Shown here in pieces: positions 39,540 to 51,691 of a DNA stretch of 64,000 nucleotides. Position 1 is the first letter of the stretch, and each line of letters begins with the position of its first letter. Below the pieces are notes generated by a model. That model was not told where the DNA came from. It saw only the letters and a program-made list of their open reading frames with translations, and made no database searches. The DNA is from an uncultured candidate division Zixibacteria bacterium (lineage in GTDB: Bacteria; Zixibacteria; MSB-5A5; GN15; FEB-12): contig CAWDXE010000005.1 in NCBI GenBank assembly GCA_963806185.1, positions 32,001 to 96,000 on the forward strand, written 5' to 3'. A program made the translations under genes and the position numbers.

Positions 39540-39566
39540 ATATCGGCATTTCGGGCGGAAGCTTGA
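39540..39566 (-). promoter_or_regulatory. Sigma-28 (FliA)-like promoter
   Basis: TCAA-N15-GCCGATAT on the minus strand. Confidence 0.6.
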
Positions 39567-39719
39567 CATGGATATGGGAGGATACGTTGAGAGCAGCCTG
39601 ATCCGGCAAATTGCCCGGACGATCAGAGGCGCGACGAAATGATTATCCTTCCGGGCGGTGGGCAAAAAAAAGGAACGGAGGCACACAACTCCGTTCCTTG
39701 ATCGCAACGTTGACCGAGG

Positions 39720-41666
39720 TCAGACGTTGATCTTGAATCTCGATACCATCGTCTGCATACCTTCGGCCTGACGATTCAATTCTTCGGCGGCGGCAGCGGA
39801 TTGCTCGGCGCCCACCGATGTTTCTTTCGTCACCGACGCAATATGCTCGACATTCTTGCTGATCTGCTCGGCGGCACTCGACTGCTCTTCGGAGGCAGTG
39901 GCAATCTGCGCGATCATATCCATCACCCGCTGGCTCATGGAGACGATCTCATGCAGGCTGGAACCGGCTTTATCGGCCAGGTCGCGACCCTTGTCGACTT
40001 CCTGAATGCCTGATTCCATCGAGTGTACGGCATCAGCGGTTTCCGTCTGGATGCCCTTGATCATGCCGGTGATTTCCTTGGTCGCCTTACCGGTCCGTTC
40101 GGCCAGTTTGCGAACCTCGTCGGCCACAACGGCAAAGCCTCTCCCCTGCTCACCGGCGCGGGCCGCTTCAATAGCGGCGTTAAGGGCCAGCAAGTTGGTT
40201 TGATCGGCGATATCGTCGATGACGCCGATGATCTCACCAATCTGGTCGGCGGACTTGGCGAGTTTGCCGATGGAATCGGCGGATTGCCTGACGACCTGGG
40301 CGATCTTCTGCATACCCTGAATGGTGTCGGAGACAATCTGCCCACCGGAGGTGGCAGTACCGGAAGCACCCTTGGCAACGTCGGTAGCTTCACCGGCGTT
40401 CTTGGAGGCCTCGAGAATGGTGGCGGACATTTCTTCGATAGCGGTCGAGACCTGAGCGACCTGATCGGCCTGATCTTTTGCGCCCTTGGACATTTGCTCG
40501 GAGGACGAAGAGATTTCGGTTGCGGCCGAGACCAGTTCGCGAGCATTGTCGGTGAGCTGGCGGATGACGCCGCTCATATTGCCGATCATGCGGGTGAGAG
40601 CGTCGCCCATATGATGCTTGGCTTCCAGAGTAGCTTCGATTGACTTCACCAGCGTGCCGATTTCGTCGGCTGAGTTCAGGTTGAGTTTCTCGATCCTGGA
40701 TTGTTCGAGAACGACGGTGAAATCGTTATTGCCGAGGCGGTCGACGGCCTGGCCGAAGCGTTCGAATTCGTTGTTCATCTGGTTGGTCAGACCGACCACC
40801 CGGTTAATCGGATTGGCAATACCCCGAGAGATGAAGTAAGCGACAATAGCGCCGCAAAGAAGCGCCAGGAGCGTAAAAACCATGGCCAGATTCTTCGCCT
40901 GACTTTGTGCCGAGGCCATCTGGGTACCCGACTGGGCGGCGAGGTCTTCGCAGCGCTTCATTAGTGCTTCGGCCACCTGCGCCATTTCGGTCACGATCTT
41001 CACGCCGGATTTGGCTTCGGCGGAGTGCTGCTTGAGGGCATCAGCGTACTCGGCAACCAGGGGAAGCATGGAGGACTCACGTCCGAGATACTGACCCATG
41101 AGGCTGTTGAGTTTCGCGGTACAGCGGCCGGCCAGTTCGTCGTCCTTGGTGAGGAGATATCGTTTGGCGAGGATTTCCGCCTCACGGAAGTCGGCGAGCA
41201 GATTCTGGGCGCTGCCGCTACGACTGACGTCGGCCGACTGCGTCAGGCGTGCCGAAATGTCGTCCATCTTTTTCACCGCGGACCGCGCGGCCTCGGTGGA
41301 GGTGACGAATTGGTCAAAGATGGCGCTCCACTGGCGACCACCCGCGGCGATTTCGTCGCAGATCTTTAGATCTTCGTCGTTCAGCAACGTTCTTTTCGTT
41401 TCGTTGGCCTGTTCTGCAACCTGAGTCGCAAAGCCGTGGAGTTTCTCGATGTGTTTGCTATCACCCGTGAGGACGTAATCCCTGCGAGCGATGTACATAT
41501 TCTTGGCAGTAACTACCATCGAAGTAGCGTCGACACTGCTTTCCGCAGCCCGGTCTACTTTGGACAGACCATTGATACTGACTATGCCGACCGCCGCGGT
41601 AAGAGCCAGGACGGCTCCGAAACCGATATACATTTTCTTGGCGATCTTAACGTCTTTCCAAGCCAT
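39720..41666 (-). CDS. Methyl-accepting chemotaxis protein (helical periplasmic sensor, HAMP)
   Basis: Two TM helices; [37 protein letters not shown]; terminator near 39664-39699. Confidence 0.95.
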   Translation of the reverse strand: MAWKDVKIAKKMYIGFGAVLALTAAVGIVSINGLSKVDRAAESSVDATSMVVTAKNMYIARRDYVLTGDSKHIEKLHGFATQVAEQANETKRTLLNDEDLKICDEIAAGGRQWSAIFDQFVTSTEAARSAVKKMDDISARLTQSADVSRSGSAQNLLADFREAEILAKRYLLTKDDELAGRCTAKLNSLMGQYLGRESSMLPLVAEYADALKQHSAEAKSGVKIVTEMAQVAEALMKRCEDLAAQSGTQMASAQSQAKNLAMVFTLLALLCGAIVAYFISRGIANPINRVVGLTNQMNNEFERFGQAVDRLGNNDFTVVLEQSRIEKLNLNSADEIGTLVKSIEATLEAKHHMGDALTRMIGNMSGVIRQLTDNARELVSAATEISSSSEQMSKGAKDQADQVAQVSTAIEEMSATILEASKNAGEATDVAKGASGTATSGGQIVSDTIQGMQKIAQVVRQSADSIGKLAKSADQIGEIIGVIDDIADQTNLLALNAAIEAARAGEQGRGFAVVADEVRKLAERTGKATKEITGMIKGIQTETADAVHSMESGIQEVDKGRDLADKAGSSLHEIVSMSQRVMDMIAQIATASEEQSSAAEQISKNVEHIASVTKETSVGAEQSAAAAEELNRQAEGMQTMVSRFKINV

Positions 41667-42115
41667 AATCCCCTCCTCATTACAACGCAATACAACAGTG
41701 CGCTATTTCACCTTGTTTGGAATTTCGAGACATGGGTGTGCGTTGTCGGAGACGGAAGCAAGCCGCCTGAAGGATTTTGGACAACCACACACGTGAACAT
41801 CCCCTTTTAGCCCATGGCGCCCATCCGATGTTGGGCGGGCGTCGCTTTTCGGATACGCTGTCAGGCCTCTGCACAAGCCAGACGACTGTTCCCGACAGGA
41901 CGAATCCATGATAGGTTTATCGACCCGGTTGGCGTTATTATGAGTGGTGCCATCGAGTAGTCAGCCCGATTGTGCAGAAACGGCACAGGGGGTTATCTGC
42001 TTGAGGCGTAAGAGTATGAGAGTATTCTTCTCCGCATTTCGCGAGAGAAAGGAGCGGGAGGTGAATCCCGCTCATTCGATTATACTACTTGCCGAGAGAC
42101 GCATGTCTCCAAGGA

Positions 42116-44239
42116 TTAGACTTGAACTCCTTCTCTTTCCAGAGATTGAATAGCGGCGATTATCTCTTCTGAGGCGGCGACAGACATCGTGAGGCTCCGT
42201 TGCGCCTTCGTTTCATCGCCGGCAGCCAGAGATCTGACGGCGTCATTGCCGTGCTGGTGGACGCGGCGATGCGGTTCCTCGATTGCTTTGAAGGCAGGGT
42301 CAGAACCAAAGGAGTTCACACCTATGCTATAGTACCACTTTCCGAACCGGCACGATTTACAGTCAGCAAATTTCCAGGTTGTAGTCGGTGTTTGCTTCTT
42401 AATGACCGATTTCAGGTTATCGATATACCGTCGATGATCTTCCCTGGCCGTCTGTAGAGCCGTGGCGTGCACTTTGACGAGGTCATGGACAGAGAGCCGG
42501 AACTGGCCAACCATCGTCTGGAGTCCTTCGGCCTGGCGATTGAGTTGTTCGGCGGCGGCAGCGGATTGCTCAGCGCCGTCAGAAGTCTCTCTGGTCACCG
42601 AGGCGATATGTTCCACGTTCTTGTTGATCTGTTCAACGGTACTCGACTGTTCTTCGGTTGCCGTGGCGATTTGCGCGATCATATCCATGACCCGCTGGCT
42701 CATGGTGACGATTTCATGCAGACTGGAGCCGGCCTTGTCCGCCAGCTCGCGGCCCTTGTCGACTTGCAGAATGCCGGATTCCATTGAATTGACAGCTTCC
42801 TTCGTTTCGGCCTGAATTCCTCTGATCATACCGGTTATTTCCTTGGTCGCCTTTCCGGTTCGTTCCGCCAGCTTACGGACTTCATCGGCGACGACCGCGA
42901 AACCGCGGCCCTGTTCTCCGGCACGAGCAGCCTCGATGGCCGCATTGAGCGCCAGGAGGTTGGTCTGATCGGCGATGTCGTCAATCACTTCAGTGATGTC
43001 ACCGATCTGGTCGGCAGACTTGGCAAGCTTGGCAATAGATTCGGCGGATTGGCGAACGACAAAGGCGATGGACTGCATCCCTTCAATGGTGTCAGCGACG
43101 ATCTGGCCCCCGGACGCGGCGGTACCGGACGCTCCTTTGGCAGCGTCGGTGGCATCACCGGCGTTTCTGGAGGATTCGAGAATAGTGGCGGACATCTCCT
43201 CGATGGCGGCTGAGACTTGCGCGACCTGATCGGCCTGTCCCTTCGCTCCCTTGGACATCTGCTCGGATGAAGCAGAGATTTCGGTAGCGGCAGAGACCAA
43301 CTGGCGGGCATTTTCAGTTAGCTGGCGAACCATAATCGACAGATTATTGATCATGGTTTTGAACGAGTTGCCCAGGGCGTCCCTGGTACCTCGTGGTTCG
43401 ACCTGGACGGTGAGATCGTTGGCGGCGATCTGCTCGGCGGCGCCGGCAAGACTCTTCATGTATTGGATAAGGATACGGAACGACTCAGCCAAGTCTCCGA
43501 TCTCGTCCTTGGCTACGTAATCGATATTCTGATCAATATCGCCCACGGCTACATTTTTCGCGACCGTCGCCATTTGCAGAAGTGGGTGCGAGATTTGCCG
43601 GGAAACGAGCCAGGCCACCGCAGTGCCAAGGATTAACCCAAGCAGTGACAAGATAACGACCAATTGAATAGTGCTGGACATGGTATTGGTCATGGCCAAA
43701 GTCGATTCATCGGCGCGTTTTGCGAAGAGATCCTTGAGGGCAACCAGTCCCTGCTGTGTTGCGGCGAGTGCGGGCTCAGTTCTTTTCGTGTATACGTTCG
43801 AGATTTCATCCATTCGATTTCGGCCGCTGGCGGCGAGAATTCTCTGAATCTCCTTGGCCGACTCATGCAATTCCAGATGAGTTGATTTAACTGACTGAAG
43901 CAGTTGGGCCAACTCCCGATCGGAGGCCGCGAGTTTATCAGTTTCCTCGCTAAACAGCCACTCCCCGAATTTGCACTTATGATCATCGGTTTGAACCGTC
44001 AAGGTCGATGCAGACTGGTCGGCGAATATTGCGGAGACGTTCGCCGCCCATTTCAGATGATCGACGATTTTTTCTACAGCGAACCCTTTTCGTCCCCATT
44101 CAATCTGCGCGGCGTCAGACTTCTCCCTCACCGTTTTGAAGCTGGAAATGCTGAACACGCTGATGGTAATCAGCACGACGAGAATGGCGGCGTAACCGAG
44201 GTACAGTTTTCTGCTGATTCTGATGTCTCTCCAAGCCAT
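42116..44239 (-). CDS. Methyl-accepting chemotaxis protein with periplasmic and C-terminal CZB-like domains
   Basis: DHLKW...CKFGEW...HLELH between the TMs; MCP signature; DHRRY...CRFGKWYY...HRRVH at the C-terminus. Confidence 0.92.
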   Translation of the reverse strand: MAWRDIRISRKLYLGYAAILVVLITISVFSISSFKTVREKSDAAQIEWGRKGFAVEKIVDHLKWAANVSAIFADQSASTLTVQTDDHKCKFGEWLFSEETDKLAASDRELAQLLQSVKSTHLELHESAKEIQRILAASGRNRMDEISNVYTKRTEPALAATQQGLVALKDLFAKRADESTLAMTNTMSSTIQLVVILSLLGLILGTAVAWLVSRQISHPLLQMATVAKNVAVGDIDQNIDYVAKDEIGDLAESFRILIQYMKSLAGAAEQIAANDLTVQVEPRGTRDALGNSFKTMINNLSIMVRQLTENARQLVSAATEISASSEQMSKGAKGQADQVAQVSAAIEEMSATILESSRNAGDATDAAKGASGTAASGGQIVADTIEGMQSIAFVVRQSAESIAKLAKSADQIGDITEVIDDIADQTNLLALNAAIEAARAGEQGRGFAVVADEVRKLAERTGKATKEITGMIRGIQAETKEAVNSMESGILQVDKGRELADKAGSSLHEIVTMSQRVMDMIAQIATATEEQSSTVEQINKNVEHIASVTRETSDGAEQSAAAAEQLNRQAEGLQTMVGQFRLSVHDLVKVHATALQTAREDHRRYIDNLKSVIKKQTPTTTWKFADCKSCRFGKWYYSIGVNSFGSDPAFKAIEEPHRRVHQHGNDAVRSLAAGDETKAQRSLTMSVAASEEIIAAIQSLEREGVQV

Positions 44240-44686
44240 GATGCCCTCCTGAACGGCGTAGAAGAATGGTGCATAATTACAGTTTGTTCAGAATCTCAAG
44301 ACCTGGGTATGCGTCGTGGTAGCCGGAATCGGAGAAAGTCAGCCTGAATACAAATAATAATGCACGCACACTCCAGGTGTTTCCTCGTATTTTTCTGTAC
44401 CCTGCCCGAATTGGGCGGGTTTTGCATTCCTGGTAAACCGTCGGGTGTATGTAGAGGTCGCGTGACCATTCCCGAGGATTAATGTTATTAATGGGTATAT
44501 CGACCCGATTACCCATTCATTAAGGAGAGTATTGAGACATATTTTGTGTTTGTGCGAAAATAGGGCAATTGGCAAAGCGCCCGCAGGACATGTGTATGGA
44601 GATACGATTGTGCGTCTTGTCGCAGAAAGAAAGAGCGGAACCTGGGGGGTTCCGCTCAACCATCGCTTATTCTTAATGAAGCTGTC

Positions 44687-47179
44687 TTATACTGCGACGG
44701 ACGACCGTTCGAGAGTTCGAATGGCGGCTATGACATCGTGGGAGGCTTTGACGGCCAAGTCGAGATTTCGCTTAGCCGATTTCTCGTCGCCTTCCGCGAG
44801 TGCCTTCACGGCGTCGTTCGCCGCCTGATGGACACGACGATGCGGATCCTCGATGGCCAGGAAGGCAGGAGTCGAGCCAAAGGCGGTAGTGCCTACGGTA
44901 TGGTACCATTTGCCAAAGCGGCATGTTTTGCAGTCGGTGTGTTTCCATGAGCTGGTGGGGGTTCGGCGCTTTATAACTTCAGCAAGATTATCAACATACC
45001 GCTGATGATCGTCTCTGGCAGTCTGCAATGAGGCGGAATGCGAGCGAGCCAAGTCTCCCGTAGACAGGCGGAATTGTCCGACCATCGTCTGGAGACCTTC
45101 GGCCTGACGATTCAATTCCTCGGCGGCGGCGGCGGATTGTTCGGCGCCGCTGGAGGTTTCTCTGGTCACGGAAGCGATATGCTCCACGTTTTTGGAGATT
45201 TGCTCGACGGTAGAAGATTGTTCTTCGGAAGCGGTGGCGATTTGCGCGATCATATCCATGACTCGCTGGCTCATGGTGACGATTTCGTGCAGACTTGAGC
45301 CGGCCTTATCGGCCAGGTCGCGACCCCTATCGACTTCCTGAATGCCGGATTCCATTGAGTTCACCGCTTCCTCGGTCTCGGACTGAATGCCCTTGATCAT
45401 GGCGGTGATTTCTTTGGTTGCGGTACCGGTTCGTTCGGCAAGTTTGCGGACCTCGTCGGCGACCACGGCAAACCCTCTTCCCTGTTCACCGGCGCGGGCG
45501 GCCTCGATGGCCGCATTCAGGGCGAGCAAGTTGGTTTGGTCGGCGATTTCATCAATCACGCTGGTGATTTCACCGATTTGGTCAGCGGACTTGGCCAGCT
45601 TGGCAATCGATTCGGCGGACTGGCGGACGACCGCGGCGATTTTCTGCATGCCTTGAATGGTATCGGAGACAATCTGACCGCCGGAGGCGGCAGTGCCGGA
45701 GGCGCCTTTGGCAACGTCGGTGGCTTCACCGGCATTCTTGGAGGCCTCGATAATAGTCGCCGACATTTCCTCGATGGCAGTAGAGACCTGGGCCACCTGA
45801 TCGGCCTGGCCCTTGGCGCCCTTGGACATTTGTTCAGAGGAGGCCGAGATTTCGGTCGCGGCCGAGACGAGTTCGCGGGCGTTGTCGGTCAATTGGCGAA
45901 TCATGCCGGAGAGATTAATAATCATGGTTTTGAAGGAATTGCCGAGGACGTCGCGCGAGCTCTTGGGTTCGACAACGACGGTGAGGTCGTTGGCGGCAAT
46001 CCGTTCAGAGGCGTGGGCAAGTTCGCGCAGGTAGGCGGTCACGCTACGGAACGATTCTGCGAGAGTACCGATTTCATCGCGCGAGGCAACCTCGGCATCA
46101 AGGGAAATGTCGCCCTGAGCGACGGCTTCCGCGACGCGGACGAGGCCATTGATCGGCCGGGCGATCATTCTCACGAGGAAATAGGCAATGCTGACCGAAA
46201 TGAGCAGGCAGGTCAGTCCGATGAAGAGAAGCGTATTGCGCAACGATGAGACCGGTTGCGTGAATTCTTCGAGATAGGAGCCGACGCCGATGATCCATTG
46301 CCATTCGGGGAGGTAAGCGTAGGCGACAATTTTGTCGCGGGGCGCAGTCTCGCCGAGTTCCTTATTGATCCAGGGGTAGCGGATCCAGCCGATTTCATCG
46401 CCGGCGAGTTTGGGGGCTTTCGCGATCATTTCCCTGATGAAGTCGTACTGCGAGAGGTTGGCGCCTTCTTTTGCCGGATGGATCTGAAGTACGCCGGTAG
46501 TATCGATGGCGTACATGTAGCCGGTGCGGCCGACTTTCTGCGCGAGGAGGGATTTGCGGAGCATGTCGGAGCGTTCTTTCACGCCGACATACAGGATGCC
46601 CACGACCTGACTGGTGCGAGAATCTCGCAGCGGCATATATCGGGCGACGTACCAATCAGTGACCACCCAGGCGCGACCGGAAAATGCCTGACCGTCGCGA
46701 ATCACCGCATCGTAAACCTTTTGAGAAACATAGGTACCGATGGCGCGATTGCCCTTTTCGTCGAGGACGTTGGTCGAAATGCGCTTGGCTTTGTCACCTT
46801 CCTTGAGGAAGATGGTGCACGTGGCTCCGGTGAGGGCCTTGATCTCGTCGACGAAGGCATAGTTTTCGTTGATGGTCATCTGGCTGCCCTGGCGGCCAAG
46901 GAACATCTTGCCGTCGCGGACTTCGATGAAGCTTCCTGACAGGTCACGGAAGAGGCGATCGGCCACCGCAATGGCGTGATCGACCTGTTTGGACGACTGT
47001 TCGGCGTTCAGCTCGCACATCTGGACGGCCATGGCGGCCATGTGTTTGAGATCTTGGGTGGCGGTGTCGGTGACGACCTGATGGGCTCGCCAGATACCGA
47101 TCGTGGTGATACCAGCGACCGTAAAGGTCACGACCGCAGCGGTCATGAGCATCAGCTTGTGGCTCAGTTTGAGCGTCAT
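44687..47179 (-). CDS. Methyl-accepting chemotaxis protein with Cache domains and C-terminal CZB
   Basis: RISTNV...GNRAIGT, GRTGYMY...HP Cache motifs; MCP signature; CRFGKWYH...HRRVH. Confidence 0.92.
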   Translation of the reverse strand: MTLKLSHKLMLMTAAVVTFTVAGITTIGIWRAHQVVTDTATQDLKHMAAMAVQMCELNAEQSSKQVDHAIAVADRLFRDLSGSFIEVRDGKMFLGRQGSQMTINENYAFVDEIKALTGATCTIFLKEGDKAKRISTNVLDEKGNRAIGTYVSQKVYDAVIRDGQAFSGRAWVVTDWYVARYMPLRDSRTSQVVGILYVGVKERSDMLRKSLLAQKVGRTGYMYAIDTTGVLQIHPAKEGANLSQYDFIREMIAKAPKLAGDEIGWIRYPWINKELGETAPRDKIVAYAYLPEWQWIIGVGSYLEEFTQPVSSLRNTLLFIGLTCLLISVSIAYFLVRMIARPINGLVRVAEAVAQGDISLDAEVASRDEIGTLAESFRSVTAYLRELAHASERIAANDLTVVVEPKSSRDVLGNSFKTMIINLSGMIRQLTDNARELVSAATEISASSEQMSKGAKGQADQVAQVSTAIEEMSATIIEASKNAGEATDVAKGASGTAASGGQIVSDTIQGMQKIAAVVRQSAESIAKLAKSADQIGEITSVIDEIADQTNLLALNAAIEAARAGEQGRGFAVVADEVRKLAERTGTATKEITAMIKGIQSETEEAVNSMESGIQEVDRGRDLADKAGSSLHEIVTMSQRVMDMIAQIATASEEQSSTVEQISKNVEHIASVTRETSSGAEQSAAAAEELNRQAEGLQTMVGQFRLSTGDLARSHSASLQTARDDHQRYVDNLAEVIKRRTPTSSWKHTDCKTCRFGKWYHTVGTTAFGSTPAFLAIEDPHRRVHQAANDAVKALAEGDEKSAKRNLDLAVKASHDVIAAIRTLERSSVAV

Positions 47180-47428
47180 GTTGGGACCCCCTCGCATTAG
47201 GGCTACGCGAATTTTTTACTCGGCGCGGTGCGATCACCGAGAGTGTACCTACCTTATCGTAGATATCAGGATCGGATATCTCGGCGATATTGTGAGTTGA
47301 TGCCGACATCGAAAAGGGGACCGGCAGGACTCTGTTCAAATTTGATGCATGGGAAAACTATTCCCTCAAGAAAAGAGAAGCGCGCGGAGTCTTGATTCCG
47401 CGCGCTCGGGAAAGCATGATAGCCCGGC

Positions 47429-49933
47429 TCAATTACTTCGCTGGCTCTCCTCTACCACATTGCGGTAGTGAGAGATGAGGCGGGAGACGTTGTTATCAGT
47501 AGTCGACTCGGCCATGATATTGAACGATGCCCTCGTCCGATCGGGGGCGACGAGAACCCACCCATTATCTTCGAAAATGCGTACGCCGTCGATAAGCTGC
47601 CGCTGTTTGTTGTTGGAATCGGTGATCAAGCGGCGCATGACGGTGCCCTTCTTGGACCAAGGGCAGGGGACGGAAACGGTTTGCCGGACGTAGTGCTGAT
47701 ATTTGCGGCGAAGATCGCTCAGGCGGATTTTGGTGCGGGCCATCATTTCCATGATGCGCACACCGGTAAGGATGGCGTCGGCGCCCATCTGGAAGCCAGG
47801 GAAGATAAACCCGCCCTTGGTGCCGCCGACGAAATCGGCCTCCCCACGGCGGCGGATATCCATCATGGCGAGGTGATCGTTGGCGACGCGGACAACCTCG
47901 ACGCCGTGCGTGTCGGCAATATCGTCGACGCCCATGGAGCCACCCACGGGGACGGCGATCTTGCGGGGTTTGTTGGTGCGCAGGTAGAGGTCGGTGACGA
48001 CGAGGAGAAGGAGTTGACTATCGAGCGGAGCGCCGGTTTCGTCGATCACCGTGAGCTTTTCGGCAGCGGTGTTGAAGATGAGGCCGAGGTCGGCGTGCAG
48101 GGATTTGACGATGGCAGAGAGTTGGACAATGGCCTGCGTATTTTCCTCGGGCGTGGTTGAGAATTTGCGCGGATTGAGGTTGGAATTCAATTCGACAATC
48201 GAGAGGCCAAGGATGCTGGGCAGGGTGGGAAAGATCAGGGCGGCGGAGCCGTTGGAGAAATCGGCAATGATTTTCAGACCGGCCTGGCGGATGAGATCGC
48301 CGTCGACGGCGGCGAGAAATTCGTCGCGGTAGTCATCGAGGACGCGCTGGGGGGTATCAAGGTGGCCGATACGGTCCATCGGGGCGCGTTCGAAATCTTC
48401 CTGGAAGTAGTTGCGTTCGATCTTCTTGAGTTTGGCGGTGGGCATATCCATGCCGGAGCCATCGACGAAGATGATGTCAATCATGCGGTAATCGTCGGGA
48501 TTGTGCCGAACGTAGATGCCGGCCGAGTATTTGCCCTTGGTGAGGGCGTAGCGCATGACCGGGACCGGCATGGTCTCGAGATCGGAGACGTTTACGCCGG
48601 TCGACAGCAGGCCGGAGATGATGCCACGGCGGAGGAGACGGGAGACGTCGGACGCGTCACGGCTGGTGACGACCGAAGCGCTCTGTCCGAGGAAGGCGCC
48701 GAGCGCGGCGCCGAGACGAACCGACATTTCCGGAGCAATCTCCACCATAGCGAGGCCGGAGACTTTGGAATCGGTAAAGAGCTCGCGATTCCACTTCTCC
48801 CCCCAGATGATGGACGACGAGACAATGGCGCCTTCGTCGACACTCTTGCTCGGCCAGATCTTACAGTGGGCTCTCACGGTGGCGCCGTCGCCGATGGTGA
48901 CGTCATCGGCGACAATGACGTTTTCCAGCAACTGCACGCGATTGCCGATGCGGCATTTGGTGCAGACGACGGTGCTGGCAAGCACGGCGTTTCGTCCGAT
49001 CACGGTATCTTCCCAGACGACGGAATCTTTGACTTCAGCGCCACGGCCGAGGCGGCAGCGGTTGCCGATGAACGAGTCGCGCAGGACGGCACCGGCTTCG
49101 ATGAAGACATCGTCGCCGAGCACCACTGTGCCCTGGAGGCTGACGCCGTCCTCGATCTGAACATTTTCACCCCGGTAAACGATACCCTGGGGAGACGACT
49201 GCGGAGTCCCTTTGGGTTTCAGTTTGAGGGCGGCGGCGGCGATATCACGATGAGCGAAGCGGTATTCGTCGACGTTGCCGACGTCTTTCCAGTACCCTTC
49301 CATGATTTTGCCGAAGAGGCGCTGACCCTTGGAAAGCATGAGCGGGTAGAGATTTTGAGAAAAATCGTAGTTCCGCTTCATGGGGATGAGAGCGACGGCG
49401 CTGGGTTCGAGAATATAGATGCCCGTGTTGATAGTGTCGGAGAAGGCTTCACCCCAGGTGGGTTTTTCGAGAAAGCGGGCGATGCGGCCGTTTTCTTCCG
49501 TGATGACGATGCCGTAGGCGAGCGGATTTTCGATATGGGTGAGAAGGATGGTGGCCTCGGCTTTACGTTCCTTGTGCCACGAGATCGCTTCGGTGAGATT
49601 GAAATCGGTGACGAGATCGCCGGAGATGACGAGGACCGGTTCGGCGGCGTCACCCATAGCGTAGCGGACGGCGCCGGCCGTGCCGTAGTCATCGTCGGGC
49701 TGCACGTAGGTCATCCGGACGCCGAAGGCGGAGCCGTCCTTGAAGTGCTCGCGGATTTTTTCCGGTTGAAAGTAGAGGAGAGAAGTAATCTCGGTGATGC
49801 CGTGGGCGACGAGGAGGGCGACCACGTGTTCCATCATCGGGAGATTGGCGACGGGGACCATCGGCTTGGGAAGATTGATAGTAAGCGGGCGGAGCCGTGT
49901 GCCGAAGCCGCCCGCCATGATTACTGCTTTCAT
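47429..49933 (-). CDS. Mannose-1-phosphate guanylyltransferase with hexapeptide repeats fused to a phosphomannomutase-like domain
   Basis: MAGGFGTRLRPLT..PKP, FLEKP, YWKDVG; beta-helix repeats; KGTVMR...DGVRI. Confidence 0.9.
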   Translation of the reverse strand: MKAVIMAGGFGTRLRPLTINLPKPMVPVANLPMMEHVVALLVAHGITEITSLLYFQPEKIREHFKDGSAFGVRMTYVQPDDDYGTAGAVRYAMGDAAEPVLVISGDLVTDFNLTEAISWHKERKAEATILLTHIENPLAYGIVITEENGRIARFLEKPTWGEAFSDTINTGIYILEPSAVALIPMKRNYDFSQNLYPLMLSKGQRLFGKIMEGYWKDVGNVDEYRFAHRDIAAAALKLKPKGTPQSSPQGIVYRGENVQIEDGVSLQGTVVLGDDVFIEAGAVLRDSFIGNRCRLGRGAEVKDSVVWEDTVIGRNAVLASTVVCTKCRIGNRVQLLENVIVADDVTIGDGATVRAHCKIWPSKSVDEGAIVSSSIIWGEKWNRELFTDSKVSGLAMVEIAPEMSVRLGAALGAFLGQSASVVTSRDASDVSRLLRRGIISGLLSTGVNVSDLETMPVPVMRYALTKGKYSAGIYVRHNPDDYRMIDIIFVDGSGMDMPTAKLKKIERNYFQEDFERAPMDRIGHLDTPQRVLDDYRDEFLAAVDGDLIRQAGLKIIADFSNGSAALIFPTLPSILGLSIVELNSNLNPRKFSTTPEENTQAIVQLSAIVKSLHADLGLIFNTAAEKLTVIDETGAPLDSQLLLLVVTDLYLRTNKPRKIAVPVGGSMGVDDIADTHGVEVVRVANDHLAMMDIRRRGEADFVGGTKGGFIFPGFQMGADAILTGVRIMEMMARTKIRLSDLRRKYQHYVRQTVSVPCPWSKKGTVMRRLITDSNNKQRQLIDGVRIFEDNGWVLVAPDRTRASFNIMAESTTDNNVSRLISHYRNVVEESQRSN

Positions 49934-50634
49934 GACCTGCTCCCTAAAACGTCTTTGTGACTAGTGTTGTCGTCCAGGAAGCCCTGGGCGATCAAGGTTG
50001 CAGTGACGTCGTCGAAGTTTATGTAGCTATTATATGCAATCAAATGTTGGTCGCAATAGAGGACGAGGTCCTTTTTCGCGAGCAGGATATCGGCATATTT
50101 GGCGGCGCAAGCGTCGGAATAACCATCCCCGACAAAAATGACCTGACAATTGTCGGCGGCTTTGACCCGGTACTCGGCCATACGCTCTCCCTTGCACGAG
50201 CCGCACTGGCGGCAGGTTGTGTTGGTGTGAGGGAATTCGACCCGGAGCCCGTTGTTTTCCAGATGACCAATGTTGCTTATGAGCGGCAGGTAGCCCAGGC
50301 CGTGCTTGTCGAGGACGTAGCGGATGTAACAATCCAGACCCTCGGAGATCACGATCAAGGGGGTGTTGTTCCGACGGCAGAGTTCCTCGAAGCGCGGAAA
50401 GGTCGGGTCAATCGTGAAATCGTCGAGGAAGCGGTAGAATTCAGTCGGGGAGGCATGGACCATTTCCGCTTCGAGGCGGAGGCAATCGCGGGTTGAGAGC
50501 CGGCCCGCTTTCCAATCGGGGAGCAGGGCGTCGTTGCGACCGCCCGAGAAGTGGTGGAAAATGTGGTAGCCGATATCGCGATGGGCGATGGTACCATCAA
50601 AGTCGCAAAAGATCAGTGTGCGTGAATCCTTCAT
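49930..50634 (-). CDS. MtnX-like HAD-IB phosphatase
   Basis: CDFDGT, ISEG, CGSCKG, VGDGYSD; ATGA overlaps with both neighbours. Confidence 0.85.
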   Translation of the reverse strand: MKDSRTLIFCDFDGTIAHRDIGYHIFHHFSGGRNDALLPDWKAGRLSTRDCLRLEAEMVHASPTEFYRFLDDFTIDPTFPRFEELCRRNNTPLIVISEGLDCYIRYVLDKHGLGYLPLISNIGHLENNGLRVEFPHTNTTCRQCGSCKGERMAEYRVKAADNCQVIFVGDGYSDACAAKYADILLAKKDLVLYCDQHLIAYNSYINFDDVTATLIAQGFLDDNTSHKDVLGSRS

Positions 50635-50933
50635 ACCGCAATAAAGCGAACGGCGACGGCGGCGGCAAGCAGGAGAAACAGCAGTCCGCACAGCCAAACG
50701 CCGGTGCGATGGCCCGACCGGTGAAACTGGATGGCAAGGCCTGAGACGACTGTTAGGGTGGCGGCAACGATCAGGCCGACACCAAAGATGGCCAACTCAC
50801 GGCTCCAGTCGAGTTTCAGCACCAGGAGCACGGAGACAAGACTGAACCAGCCGAGCAGAAGATACTGCCAGAAGAGCTGGAGGGTGACGATGAGGCGATG
50901 GTGGTTGGCGTTTGATTTCATAATGACAGCCAT
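50631..50933 (-). CDS. Small membrane protein
   Basis: Three hydrophobic segments; coupled within the operon. Confidence 0.6.
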   Translation of the reverse strand: MAVIMKSNANHHRLIVTLQLFWQYLLLGWFSLVSVLLVLKLDWSRELAIFGVGLIVAATLTVVSGLAIQFHRSGHRTGVWLCGLLFLLLAAAVAVRFIAV

Positions 50934-51691
50934 GATTTTATCGGTCCCAGGGCAAAGCGGCCGGCCAAATAGAGCATGACGGCAAAGAACAGCAGTTTTA
51001 CCACCTGGGGTTTGGCGAGTGTCCCGAGATAGCCGCCCAGCTTGCCTCCGGCGATGGTTCCCACCAGAAGCGGCGGAAGGATGACGGGGTCGAGGCGGCC
51101 GTTGAGGGCGTAGACGGCGACAGCGGCGGTGGTGGAGGGACCAATGAGAAAGGACGAGGTGCCTCGGGCGACGGAGAGCGGGAGGCCGAGGACCAGATAC
51201 AACACGGGAACGATAATCACTCCACCACCGACGCCAATCATTGCGCCGATGATGCCGGTACCCAAGGCAATAAGGTAGACGATCGCTTTCTTGCCCTTGA
51301 GGCGATCGGGTTCGACATCATCGGTGCGCACGGGCGTTTTGCGGAGGAAGTTGACGGCGGTGTACAACATGACGGCGGCGAAGAGGACTTGAATGATTTC
51401 GCTCGGGACAGCGCCGCTGACAGCGGAGCCGATGATATTGCCGGCGGTCATCCAGACGACCAGCACGATCATCAGATCGAGATCGACCATATCTTTTTTG
51501 AGATACTCCGCTGATGAAGAGATGGAGTTGACGACGATGGCGGCGACGGAGGCGGGGATGGCCGCCCTGAGGTCAACACCGACAACGAAGGTCATCCAGG
51601 GAACGATCACAATGCCGCCACCGAGTCCCAGATAGCCGCCGAGGAGACCGGCCAAAACGCCCCCGGCGACCAGCAGCAATATGTCGGTCAC
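50918..51691 (-). CDS. TauE/SafE (TSUP) family membrane protein
   Basis: Duplicated GLGGG/GVGGG..IVP motifs, about 8 TMs. Confidence 0.88.
   Translation of the reverse strand: MTDILLLVAGGVLAGLLGGYLGLGGGIVIVPWMTFVVGVDLRAAIPASVAAIVVNSISSSAEYLKKDMVDLDLMIVLVVWMTAGNIIGSAVSGAVPSEIIQVLFAAVMLYTAVNFLRKTPVRTDDVEPDRLKGKKAIVYLIALGTGIIGAMIGVGGGVIIVPVLYLVLGLPLSVARGTSSFLIGPSTTAAVAVYALNGRLDPVILPPLLVGTIAGGKLGGYLGTLAKPQVVKLLFFAVMLYLAGRFALGPIKSWLSL

Noticed and set aside
48362..49960. Long opposite-strand ORFs (also 7239-8444, 18417-19298, 29322-30245, 38341-39642, 53256-54194)
   Set aside because: Antisense shadows of well-supported genes in GC-rich DNA; no motifs
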